From Caecitellus pseudoparvulus (lineage: Eukaryota; Protista; Bigyra: Bicosoecida): a stretch of 64,000 nucleotides of DNA. The position numbers and the translations under genes are program-made. The stretch is taken from the NCBI GenBank assembly GCA_965644315.1, contig CBFFRQ010000080.1, positions 124,001 to 188,000 on the forward strand, read 5' to 3'. Shown in pieces: positions 10,263 through 21,100 of this stretch. Below the pieces are notes generated by a model. The model was not told where the DNA came from. It did not search any database and worked only from the letters and a program-made list of their open reading frames with translations. Position 1 is the first letter of the stretch. Every line of letters begins with the position of its first letter.

Positions 10263-13200
10263 TCAGAATGAGTTGAAGCTTTCAAGTTGAAGCTTGTCAC
10301 CAAGGAGTTTCATAATGGCCTTGGTCGCCCCTTTACCGTTGCTCAGCTGCGTCACGGTGATGGCAACGGCTGTGTCCGTTTTGGGGTCGACAAAAGCAAG
10401 GGAGCCACCGAAGCCAGAATGCCCATATGGGAGCAGAGTAGTTTCTACAGGGACTGGGACGGTGCTTTGTGCGTCGGCGCGATCTACGCTGTGGGCTGCA
10501 GTCACAGCGTGGGAGAGCACAGCCGCAGCGTTCGCCGCCTTCGGCCCGAATACCTGGAAGCCAAGTCCAAAGACAGTTGCCCCAGCAGCTGCAGACGGCG
10601 TGCTTGCATCGCTCCCCTGCACAAACATGTTTGTAAGCCTGCGTTCCAGGGCAAGTGGCAGCCGGGCCACATTTAGCCGCTGCGGAGATACCAGCCTGGG
10701 CAATGCAGAGTAGAACATCGCGAGAGCTCTCGCAGTGAAGTGCCCATTCGCGCTCGGGATTTCACAGCAACGCATCGAGCGCTTGTTGAATATGCGTGGC
10801 TCCAGGAGAAACTCGCGCCCTTTCAAGCGGCGGATGAGGCTGGCGAGTGCTCGCATTTCTTCTGCAAGTTCCGGGTCATGTCCCTGTACCTCAACATCTC
10901 GCGCCGTGCTTTCCAGGGCGATGGCAGCGGCTCCAACGTCTACACCTTGTCCTCCTCCGACTTTGCCAGCTGCGGCATCCGCAGCACTTCCACCTGTCAG
11001 CCCTTGAGGATTCAAGCTGCCACTCAGAACAGCCAAGCGCCCCGCCCGGGCAAGCGCCCGGACCTGACCCGGCGGGACCCCGATAAACATTTCGCCTTCG
11101 CTTCCGACTGCTGGGGCAATGACATCGCGGACAATGTCACCGATAGTGACGAGCCCCCCTGTCAAGGCGCGGGCTACACCTGCTGCCAGCCAGCCGAACG
11201 TGTAGTACTGATATGCTGTGCGACTGCCAGGGGGAAAGAGTGGAGTGGCTTGGGCGAGGTGCGATTCCATATCTTGACTGTTCTGAAGCATGGAAAGTGA
11301 GACACCTTCAGGTAGAGCATGATGCAGGCCAGTCTGGTGTGCCAAAATGTGAGCCATGGAGCAGCTGTTCTTGCCAGCTGTGCCGAATGCCGGCCAGCCC
11401 AGCTCGCACACGGGACCCGTGAGCCCAGTGGCTCGGAGGGCTTCGATGACACTGCGAGTCGAAGGAACTGGGGACGAGAGGGATGGGGGGGTTGGTTTCA
11501 CCGAGTTCTGCAGCCGTTGTAGTACTGCGCCAGCAGAGTCAAGCCTGGCCAACTCGGGAGACTGCCTCGTTGAAGCAGGAGACAGTGGACTGGAAGCGTC
11601 CATGAGCATGAGGAGAGCAGCAGACGTGATGCCTTTTGTGACAGAGAAGCAGTTCACCAATGTGTCCGAATGCATGGGGCGGGGGTCGTGTGGCCCTACT
11701 GTTCCAGCTGCGGCGTCAACTACGAGGTTGCCTCCGCGTACCACAGCAACTTGCACGCCAACAACCTCTCCGTTGACATATAGGTCTCGGAGAAGCCTGA
11801 GCACTGCTGATTCTGTCGAGCTGCGGGCTGCACCTGCATCCAGCGTTGGGAAAGGTGATGGCGGAGGGCGAATGACCGGCATGATGGCGAAGTGTGAGCG
11901 TGGCGTCACCGAGGCAGCCGTGCCTGAGGCTGCAAGGTAAAGCCCAGCCCCCGCTGCCCAGCCCCCCCAACCGTCCGTAGACATGCTTTGCCTCGGCTTG
12001 CTGCCCTTTGGGCGGGCAGCGAAGTGAGCATGAATGGATGGTTCCTCCGAGTCGAGCAAATCTGCGAGAGCCGCTTCCCGCACAGCGTCAGCCGCAGCTG
12101 AGACCATGGATGGAACGTATGGCACACTTACGCCCAAGGAGCTCCCTACACCATGCAGCATTTCCTGGGATCGCATGTAGAACAATAAGTCAGCGGGCCA
12201 AGACTCGATGGGCTTCTTTACGTTGGCTGCCCTGCGCCGCGCTGCCATGTCACGGAACTCCTTCCGCTGTCTGAGGATGCTAGCACGGGCTTGCTCTCGA
12301 GGCTGCACATCCCGAAAGACAAACTTCATCATGCCTAGCTGCCCGGCTGGGTCGTCCATGGTGAACTTTAGGCCCATGTCCTCAAAAGAATCCAGCAGGC
12401 CTCCTACGTCAAATGAAGACGTACTCAGCATCATGCGCGCAAAGGCAAGGCGCATTGGGTCTCCAAGCTGCTTGCTGAGCCCGAAGTCCAGCAAGACAGC
12501 CCGACAGCGATGAACAAGCTGGGTCCCATTGCCTGCGTGGGGCACCCACTCAACTAAGATGTTGCCTGGGTGTGGGTCGCCATGAAAGCATCCCGCTGCG
12601 TAGATCTGCAGTGCGAACGCATCTAGAATTCCACGCATCATGCCCTCAGCATCCACTTCACGGACCGCCTCGCGGGTTTCAGAAGCAGGCCTGCTTGCAT
12701 ATTCCGTGGTGTCTCGAGTACTTCCACGGCCACGTGAATCGCCAGCGGCAAGCTGAGCGTGCAGCTCCAACAAGGGGGCCAATGCAGCCTCGACCATTGC
12801 CTCTCCACTTCGCCTGCCAGCTTGTTCACCGTTGCCGACAAAGGAATCTACGTGGTCTTTCGCAAAGTGCAGGAGCCCCTTTCCTTCGATGAACTCCATG
12901 CACAGGACTTTCGTTGGAGCGTCCATGGCCTCAGACGTGGTGGCTACTCGAACCGCTTCAGCGGGAGTAGGACCCCACAGCCAGAAGGGTCGCCGGACCA
13001 TCATCCCATCTGCATCAAAGTACGAGTAGCAGTCCACGACATCATCCCACAGCCCCAGGCTCTCTGCTCGGCGAATGGTGGCTACTCGAAACGAGTCCGC
13101 TTTACGTTCGGGTTCCTGTGGTGTCGCCGGGCTCCCGGGTTGCCGTGACAGCTCTCGAAACCTTGCTCCAATGCTCGTTCGACTCAAGCGCTCAAAATCC

Positions 13201-14960
13201 AAATCAGATCTGCGCACTGGGCAGATGCCGGCATCGTCAGCCGAAGGGACCACGTGCCCCAGGGTCTGGTGCAGCGCCCCTAGGACGTCAAACACTCTGG
13301 GCGTTCGGACTGTGTCTGTCAGCTCATGCTGCGCTAAGAGGCGGCCAACATGGCGGCAAATGCGCCCTTCTCGCGAAAGGTCCACCTCCTTTGCTGCCTC
13401 CTTTGAGAACTCTGAGAGTACCGGCCGGAAGTCGTAGTCTGGCTCGAGGAACGCAACGACAGCCACAATGACCCCCAGGTCAAAGAGGTCGTTGCGCATG
13501 AGTACATCCACCCCTGGGTGCTGAACCTTAACTGCAAGGACTTGCCCAGCAAGCACTTGCTTGGAATAGAACCCTCGCAGGACTCCGCGGTGAACTTGCG
13601 CGATGGAAGCCGATGCGATGGGAGCTTCACTGAAACTTTCGAAGGCTGCGTCGAAAGGTGTCGCATGGCCTGCCTCCAATGCACCCTCTGGAGCTCGATC
13701 AAGGCCAAGTTCTTTCGTGATAACTTGCTTCACTTCATCGATGGGTGTCGCCGGCATCGCGTCTTGTACTTTCTTAAGCTCTGCCACAAACTCTGGCGGC
13801 ATGACGTCTGCACGAGAAGACAGGTACTGCCCCACTTTCACCCACAAGCCTTTGAAGTAAGCGATATTGTTGAAAGCGAAACGTGCATGCCAGCGGTGTG
13901 CCCTTGACCACAAGAGGGCGCTGTCTGCTTCGGTAAGTTGGGCTGCCCAGGTACGCACCAGCCAAATGCTCGAGAGGATGGCAGCAGCGACAGTGAACAC
14001 ACGCGCTCGCCGCGAGTACTCTGAGCGGGGGAAGGCCCAAACTGGTATCACACACGCCACATAGAGGAAGGAAAGGCCTGCAATAGCCAGGCCGACGTGC
14101 GGGACGCGCAGCCAGGCAGCCAAGCTCCACACAGCCCCGGCAAGCCAAAGGGGCAGTGCCAGCAGCACGGCAACACCCCCGTACATAGCCAGGGTCAGGA
14201 CTGTGGCATCATTGGCAGTGCACATGTCACGCAGCTTGGACAGCTCCTCTTGTGCTCCAAGCAAGGTGGTGCTGGTCACCTGCACTGATTCTGCGATGGC
14301 TTCGATCACCGCAGCGTCTGCGCGGCTCTTGCCATGCGCCAACTCACGCTCCATGCCACGAGTGGAGCTACTGGGGGGCCGTTCCGACTCTTTACCTTGC
14401 AGCTGGTGTGCATCTAGCGTACCGGAAGCTTCAGCCTGTCTCGCAAGCGCCAAGCACTTGAACACAGCCTGCAGTAGCTTTCTGTCACCTCGCAGTGACA
14501 CGGCTCCAGACATAAAGTGCACCATTGGAGAAGACCTGCGAAGGGCTATGTCGCGGTAAACATCCCCATTACGCATGGTTAAGGTAGATTTCACTTGCAG
14601 CCCTTCAGGGGTCCCGATGGCGGCGGAGCGTGTCGCGAAGTTCACGTGGTATGCTCCAGCATTTTCCGCACGCAGGACCACCACGCCCCCTGACGGAATC
14701 ACATCGTGCCGCGTGGAACCCAAGCTGGAGAACCACGCGTTCAACAGACGGACCGAATCGTGCATGAGATGCAATACTGAGGCTCTCTCTGCCGCGGAAG
14801 CTGCGCCTGACTGCACTGCCCGGGAAGCAGGTGACGTCACCTGGCCAGGCCCGGCGAGCGGCGGCCGCTGCGTGCCCTCTTCAGGTACCGCAGAGATAAC
14901 GAAACTCCGGGATGGGGAGCGCGGTGGCCACTCAGCTTGTCGAGAGGTTCCTGCTCCCAT
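10263..14960 (-). CDS. SCP2-like + TM + ABC1/UbiB atypical kinase + beta-lactamase-family (serine hydrolase) fusion
   Basis: ABC1 motifs KGLWVKVGQYLSSR, ASASIAQVH, AVKVQHPG, HGDPHPGN, LLDFG. Beta-lactamase motifs FSVTK (SxxK), LAHQTG, YQYYTFGW, GHSGFGGS. SCP2-like TLTMRNGDVY..PMVHFMSGAVSLRGD. N-terminus MGAGTS. Confidence 0.9.
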   Translation of the reverse strand: MGAGTSRQAEWPPRSPSRSFVISAVPEEGTQRPPLAGPGQVTSPASRAVQSGAASAAERASVLHLMHDSVRLLNAWFSSLGSTRHDVIPSGGVVVLRAENAGAYHVNFATRSAAIGTPEGLQVKSTLTMRNGDVYRDIALRRSSPMVHFMSGAVSLRGDRKLLQAVFKCLALARQAEASGTLDAHQLQGKESERPPSSSTRGMERELAHGKSRADAAVIEAIAESVQVTSTTLLGAQEELSKLRDMCTANDATVLTLAMYGGVAVLLALPLWLAGAVWSLAAWLRVPHVGLAIAGLSFLYVACVIPVWAFPRSEYSRRARVFTVAAAILSSIWLVRTWAAQLTEADSALLWSRAHRWHARFAFNNIAYFKGLWVKVGQYLSSRADVMPPEFVAELKKVQDAMPATPIDEVKQVITKELGLDRAPEGALEAGHATPFDAAFESFSEAPIASASIAQVHRGVLRGFYSKQVLAGQVLAVKVQHPGVDVLMRNDLFDLGVIVAVVAFLEPDYDFRPVLSEFSKEAAKEVDLSREGRICRHVGRLLAQHELTDTVRTPRVFDVLGALHQTLGHVVPSADDAGICPVRRSDLDFERLSRTSIGARFRELSRQPGSPATPQEPERKADSFRVATIRRAESLGLWDDVVDCYSYFDADGMMVRRPFWLWGPTPAEAVRVATTSEAMDAPTKVLCMEFIEGKGLLHFAKDHVDSFVGNGEQAGRRSGEAMVEAALAPLLELHAQLAAGDSRGRGSTRDTTEYASRPASETREAVREVDAEGMMRGILDAFALQIYAAGCFHGDPHPGNILVEWVPHAGNGTQLVHRCRAVLLDFGLSKQLGDPMRLAFARMMLSTSSFDVGGLLDSFEDMGLKFTMDDPAGQLGMMKFVFRDVQPREQARASILRQRKEFRDMAARRRAANVKKPIESWPADLLFYMRSQEMLHGVGSSLGVSVPYVPSMVSAAADAVREAALADLLDSEEPSIHAHFAARPKGSKPRQSMSTDGWGGWAAGAGLYLAASGTAASVTPRSHFAIMPVIRPPPSPFPTLDAGAARSSTESAVLRLLRDLYVNGEVVGVQVAVVRGGNLVVDAAAGTVGPHDPRPMHSDTLVNCFSVTKGITSAALLMLMDASSPLSPASTRQSPELARLDSAGAVLQRLQNSVKPTPPSLSSPVPSTRSVIEALRATGLTGPVCELGWPAFGTAGKNSCSMAHILAHQTGLHHALPEGVSLSMLQNSQDMESHLAQATPLFPPGSRTAYQYYTFGWLAAGVARALTGGLVTIGDIVRDVIAPAVGSEGEMFIGVPPGQVRALARAGRLAVLSGSLNPQGLTGGSAADAAAGKVGGGQGVDVGAAAIALESTARDVEVQGHDPELAEEMRALASLIRRLKGREFLLEPRIFNKRSMRCCEIPSANGHFTARALAMFYSALPRLVSPQRLNVARLPLALERRLTNMFVQGSDASTPSAAAGATVFGLGFQVFGPKAANAAAVLSHAVTAAHSVDRADAQSTVPVPVETTLLPYGHSGFGGSLAFVDPKTDTAVAITVTQLSNGKGATKAIMKLLGDKLQLESFNSF

Positions 14961-15150
14961 TCTTCTTCAGTGGGCCTTCGGTGGCAGGCCAGTGCATGGA
15001 GGTGTTGTGAGGGCCCAATAGGCTTCGGCGGGCAGGGCTTTGGCAGTCAGCGAGAAGCCCGATTGAGGGAAGATGGGGTGCATTACTTCAAGGCACAATC
15101 ATGTGTGAGAAAGAAGTGTATCTTGCGTTCTACTTTCGAAGGGGCCTTGC

Positions 15151-18100
15151 TCAGTCCGCGGGCTGCGCAGCCGCCCTCGCCAACCCCAGAGGCGCGAGCC
15201 GACCTGCCGGTCTTGGCCGCCCGGCACTTCGGGGCAGTGTTTGTGTCGAGCCAGATCTACGCACAGGGGATGAATGTTCCTGTCCCAAAGTCCAGGCCAA
15301 TGTGCGGATGGGAGAGGCCGCAGGGGAGTGAGGTGCCTCAACTGCAGGGGTGTCCCTAGGAGAAGCGTGCGCAACGTCGGTGGCGGTCAGGTCCACCTCA
15401 GTCTGGGGTGTACTTGGGTGTCTCGTGACCGGGCCACTAGTTTGGGCCGGTACTCGGTCCCTAAGGCTCCGGCGAGGCAGACTGGCGCTGCTTAGCTGCG
15501 CCTTCAGCCTGGCATTGTCCTGCCGAAGGTCTGCCACCAGCGACAGCAGCTTCGCATTGTCTGACACCAGGGCCCCTGTCCTGTGCTTTGACAGGCGGTC
15601 CTGCACAGCTTGCTGCCTGCGCAGGGTATCAACAGATCGCTGCAGCTGGCCGCGCTGAGCGTGGAACTCGCCTACCGCAGACGAGAGGGGCTTCTTGCCT
15701 GGTGGCAGGCGATCCTCTTTCGCATGCTTCAATGCGTGGGCAGTTGTCGAGGCATGCAAACCTGCCTCCAAAGCACGGCGAAGATGTGGCTCTCGTGATT
15801 TGTCTGTGAGGCTGACCAGGTGAGTGTACAGATGGGAGAGTGCGTGCTCGAGTCCTACCTTCGTGTCGGGCATGTCCGCCACAAAGTCAGACAAGCGCTT
15901 AGAGACGGAAGCAAGCACCCCTTCAGCATACTCCGCCCGGTCAAGAGCAGATTGCAGTCTGCGCTCTAAGTGGGCTTGTCTTTTAAGCCTCTGCCCCATG
16001 GCAGCCTCGTGGGCTTCTGTTGCCTCCCTGGCTGCAGCCGAGGATTCCTCCACTACACCCTTCAGGGTGTCTCGAAGGGCCATGGTGGCTTGTTCTCTCG
16101 GCTCAAGTTGGCCTCGCAAGTAGGCGACTTCGTCTTGCAGGGTGCACCGCTCCCTTTCACTGTCAGCAAGTTGTGCTTCTAGAGTGGATACACGAGCTTC
16201 ACGGCTCTTGAGAACCTTCCGCAGCTCTTCGTCGTGCACACGCATGGCTTTGATTTGGTGCAGCAGCTCCTCAGATCGCTCGTGCTCGGCAGCTCGAGCG
16301 CGCATGGCTCCGCGCAGCTGCAGCTGCGCTGCCGTTGCACTTGCTTGCGCAGTGGACACAGTGCCTCGCAGAAGAGCCACTTTGCCTTCATTGGCAATCT
16401 CACTTGAGCGAAGGGAGATGCGAGCATCATCTACGCGGGCTTTTAGGCTGCTTGAGGCTTGGTCGCTGACAAGCTCCGCCTGTACAAGAGCCTCCGAGTG
16501 TCGAGCCGCTTGCGCTGAACGCTCCCTCTCCAAATCATGAATGCGCTGTAACATGTCGCCAGCAGCTGCCGCAAACTCGCCTTGCAGGACCTGCTCTGCG
16601 GCTTTGAAGTCGGCGGCAACCTTGGCCGTCGCCTCGTTTGCTTGGAGGACAGCTTCACGCCGCTTTTGTTGCTCCTTGGCAACTTCAGATTCAAGGTTCA
16701 AGATGCGCCTTTCATACCTTTGAACAAGAGCGTTCACTTCCCCCTCTGTTTTGGACTTTATGTTGGCACGGTACCCTTCAACGCTGGACAAGGCCGCAGC
16801 AGACTGCACTCGCGAATCGTCACGCTCAATGAGTGCTGCTAGCAATGCGTGTGATACTTGCTTACGCCAAGCCTCTGCCGCAGAGAGCAGGTCAGAGCGA
16901 AGCGAAGCTTCAACGGCTGCTTGCTGACGCAGCAGTTTTGCGAGCGCGAGGCGCAAAGCCACCACCTCTTGGCGTATGTCAGCCACTTCACTTCCCACTA
17001 CCAAATGGAGCCCCTCCAGGGGCTCAGCCGCTGCCAACACTCCTGATGGCAAGTTCTCAGCACTGGCGAGCTCCGCCAACGCCTCCCGAGCCCTTTTCTC
17101 CCTGCGCAGTGCAGCATGCCGCAGTGGCAGCCGCCGCCTGACGCGCTGGCTCCATTCAAGAGCTGCGTGGTTATATGCAGAGATGAAGCTTCCAACCGAG
17201 ACTCTCTCAGAAGGGAAACGTGTGAGTGCACGAGAGGGAAGCAAGGCTGTGCCGTCTCCCTGGCGGTCATCTTTCGGAGCTGGCTGTTGCTCATCAGCTC
17301 TGGCAGGTTCGGGGGCCTCTGGCGCAGGGCGTGTAACGCCCCCCTGCGAATCTGAGGCAGACTGCACAGCATGTCGTACAGCACCACAAAGGACTGCCTG
17401 CACAGCCTCAAAGAGACTTCGTCTGCAGGCAGCCCACCCTGCGCTGTTCGTGGGCAAGGGCTCTGGCGCTCGTCCAAGAGACCAGAAAGCGGGAACATCG
17501 TCCTCATAAAAAAGCCCCCCCGCAACAAGTCCGACTGCTGGAGGCGAAAAGTCCATCTGGAAATCATCTGAAGCTTCTCCTGCCGCTGTAACATTCGACC
17601 CGAGGCCGGCTGCAGCCAGAGCAGCTGCCAAGGGGGTCGCGCACACGCTCACAAAGACGCAGCCGTCTGCGCCAGCCGAGACAAGGAACGCTCCGTCTGG
17701 CGTCACCTCGAGGCTTGATACGCTCCGTGTTGTCGCAGCAGCTCCAATGCTATTCAGAGCAGGAGCGCCTGATTCGCTTAATCGCCGGACTGTCAACAAC
17801 CGCAGAATGGATGCCATCTTTCCCTTCAACACCTCCAGGGGGCCGCTGGCAAGGAGAGGGCACATGCCTTGCTGCGCCCCGTCTGCCGGGCCCCGTTCTC
17901 CCACACCAGCACCAAGGACTTCCTGCCAGTCAGGCACTAAGCTGCCACCTACGTTCCCAAGCACGGCTCCAGCGAATGCTTGTGCTGGCGTGTGCAAGCT
18001 AGTGCTGCCCCGCGGCGGTGATGAAGCTGAGAAGCTGGGGTGCAGAGAAGCTGCAAGCCAATTCCAATCCGCTTGAGCTGGCGTCCCATCGGTCCCAGAT

Positions 18101-21100
18101 GCGGGGACACTTGGACAGTGCTCTTGCTGAACTCTGCCATCCGACGTTGCACTCCACAAGTGCACCTCGACTCCAGCGCCTACGCTGCCTGCTTGAAGCG
18201 GAACTGGGCCACAAACGGGAGTCTGCGAAAAAGAACTCACATCCTTCGGAACAGGCAATGGAACAGTCCCAACCAATGGCAACAAGGGTGTACAAGTGCC
18301 AGCCAGCACGTCTGTGCTTGTGAGAGCTCTGAACACTGCATCGTCCACTCGTTCAAGCTCTTGCAGCGATAAGAGCCATTGGTTCCAGGTCAAACTCACG
18401 GGAGCAAAGCTCCTGGGAATTTCTGGTGAAGGGCTCCCCAACGGGAACACTGGAGGCAGTCCTGGCAGCCCCGGGACTATGCGCTGCAACAAGCCTACAG
18501 CCGGGGTGTCATGAAAAGAAAGACCGGGTGCCTCTGATAGAACAGCACGCATGTGGCTCATGACGGACCTATTTGAGCGAGTGCTTGCAGCAGTATCCAC
18601 TGTTGGGACCCGCGCAGGGCTCGGAGATGGCCTCGTGCGGGTCGCTGGGCTGCCTGGCAAAGCACTTTGCGCGGATTCCCCGACCGCATACAGGCTCGAC
18701 AGGCGGGGCGACTTGAGCATGTCAGAAGGAGGCCCTGAAGTGCTGCTCACGGATTGTGGCAGTAGTACTCTTTCGATTTCACGTTCAGGCCCAGGGGATT
18801 TCGCTGGGGCACGGCGCTGTTGAGCGCCAACGATCAGCCGGTCCAGAACGTTCCCACGTTTGCCAGACACCGTGTTGGATTGCGGCGGCGCGGTCAAAGG
18901 ACCCTCTCCATCTTCTTCATCTTCACCGCTGCTGGTGTCCTGCTGTTCGAACTCTGACAATGAGGAGTGTGCGGTTGTGTGTCTTGTGAGGGACCTCGCA
19001 CGAGATGCTGCGCAGACGTGCTCACGCCCTCCACTGAACCACCATGCAGAGACAACAGCCACTCTTGTAGCAAGCTCTGCCACGAGAAGTCGGCGACGCA
19101 ATGCCGCTGAGGGGGTGCTCCCTGCAGATTGCATGCGGGCAGCCAGCTTAGCTGCAGCATCAGCATCCTCCCCTCGGCCCAACGGCGCTTCTCGGTACAT
19201 GCCAGGGTGAGATATGCCCAACGGGCCACCGAACCAAGCCGAAAGGGTGCTGCTGCTGCCGTGTAATGGCAAGGTGGCATACAGTCCATGTATCAACCGG
19301 TGCAGTGGGTCGCGGAGCATACGAACCGCCTTTGCTCGCTGGGGAGTGCTCATGTGTGACCAAGCGTCTTGGAGCATGTGAGCGATGCCCTGCATGCTGG
19401 ACTCGATTCCACTAGACAGGACGTGATCTGACAAAGCCTTTCGATGCGATTCGTGAATCCCCAAGAACAAGCCACCACGACCCCAGACACTGCGTGGCAC
19501 CGTGCCCAGCAAGCCAGGGGGAAGACTGTCCAACGCTTGATCAGAGGAGAGCTCGGCGGAAGTGTCACGCGGGGTCGCAGTCTTTGGAGAGCCACGTGTG
19601 CTTGACATGCTTTGCACTGAGCCGCGCCTGCGTCTGTCAGGGCTGCGAGGCACGGCAGCTGGCGCGCCAACGTCGTGCTTGGGCCTCGGGTGGCCTCGAG
19701 AAAGCGGGCTCATGCTTGTGCGTCGCACTCTTGAACGGGGCGAGCCCCCCGCATCATCGCCTGCCAGACCAAGAGCGGCCCACAAAGCCGGGAGAGGAAC
19801 AGAGATATGTGTCAAGTTCCGCCATGCCCTGCCCGGCAATGGGCCACTGGACAGCGCTGCCACGCGAGGTAGCACAAGCGGGTCCAAGACGAGCAAGCGG
19901 TGGCCTGGCGCACGCCTCGCTTGTTGAACAGCTTCAGCTTCAACGGTCGTCGAAGGACCAGTGTCAATTGCAGGGCGGCGAACACGTGCTGCAGCATCCA
20001 CAGCTGCAGCTGAATACCCACCGGAGGGTAGCCCAGCACTGGTGCCAAGCGCGCCTGCCAGGCCGCCCGTATCATAAACAACTACCGCGCCTCCTTGGCC
20101 TCCAGCAGAGAGATGTCTATCTCCTTCATCCCACTGCAAACTTGTGATGCACCCTGAGTGCCCAGAGCCTTTGGCAAGCAAACACAGCATGCCTTCAGCT
20201 TGGGCGACTGGGCCTGTCTCGTGCCCGATCAGCACTGCAGGGGCACCATCGCTGTCTCCGGGCCGGAAGCGAGAGCCTTGACGCCCCCAGCCCGAACCCG
20301 ACGCCCCAGAGCCTACGAGACCATACACATACACGGAGGTTCCACACCCAACCGCCAAGAAAGCACCCGCACATGACCAAGACATGCAAGTAACATTCGA
20401 GAGGCTCAGCGACCCAGAGCGCTGCAAACGCGCATTGAAGCCAAGCAAACCACCAGCAAAGGAAGCTATCGACGGCGTGTGCAGTTCAGCGGTGCAGCTC
20501 GAATCTGTAGGAACACGAACAATGGTGCGCGGCAGGGGCTGCAAGACCCTCCAAGCCAACAGCACTCCGCTTGGAACGTGGACAGCGAACAAGTGCCCCC
20601 CTGGGTGCCAGGCGATCCCTAGCGGCGCTTCCGCTCGGTCAAATACATGCACGAGCTGCGTCCGATTTGAGTGCGCATTCCAGATGCGCACTGTGGCATC
20701 GTCGCGGCTCACAGTAACCACTTCACACCTGCCTGGAGATGCCCCGAAGCCTGGGTGCAGTTTCATATCACACACCCCTCCCGCGTGCACGTCCATGACT
20801 TCCCAAGATGCTTCAACCACTGAGACTGGAGGCGCTGAGACAGGTGGGATAATATCTTGTGCAATGGACAGATAAGGGTCCAGGGCCGCCAGCTTGGGGC
20901 GACCCTCGCCAACCGTTGATGGCTGGGGCTGCACCACCAATGAAGCTGCAGAAGGCGTTGCCGTTTGCGTCAAGCACTGCAAAATAGTACCGAAGGCACC
21001 CAGCACACTGCTGGCTCGGATCTCTATTGGGGAGGGTGGGCATGATGCGAGCATGGTCGCCATGGCTGCTTGCTTTCCAGTTGCGTGGCCTTCCCACTCT

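Noticed and set aside
10263-11800. Beta-lactamase domain as an antibiotic-resistance gene or bacterial contamination
   Set aside because: It is fused to an ABC1 kinase, as in known eukaryotic proteins, and is flanked by eukaryotic genes.
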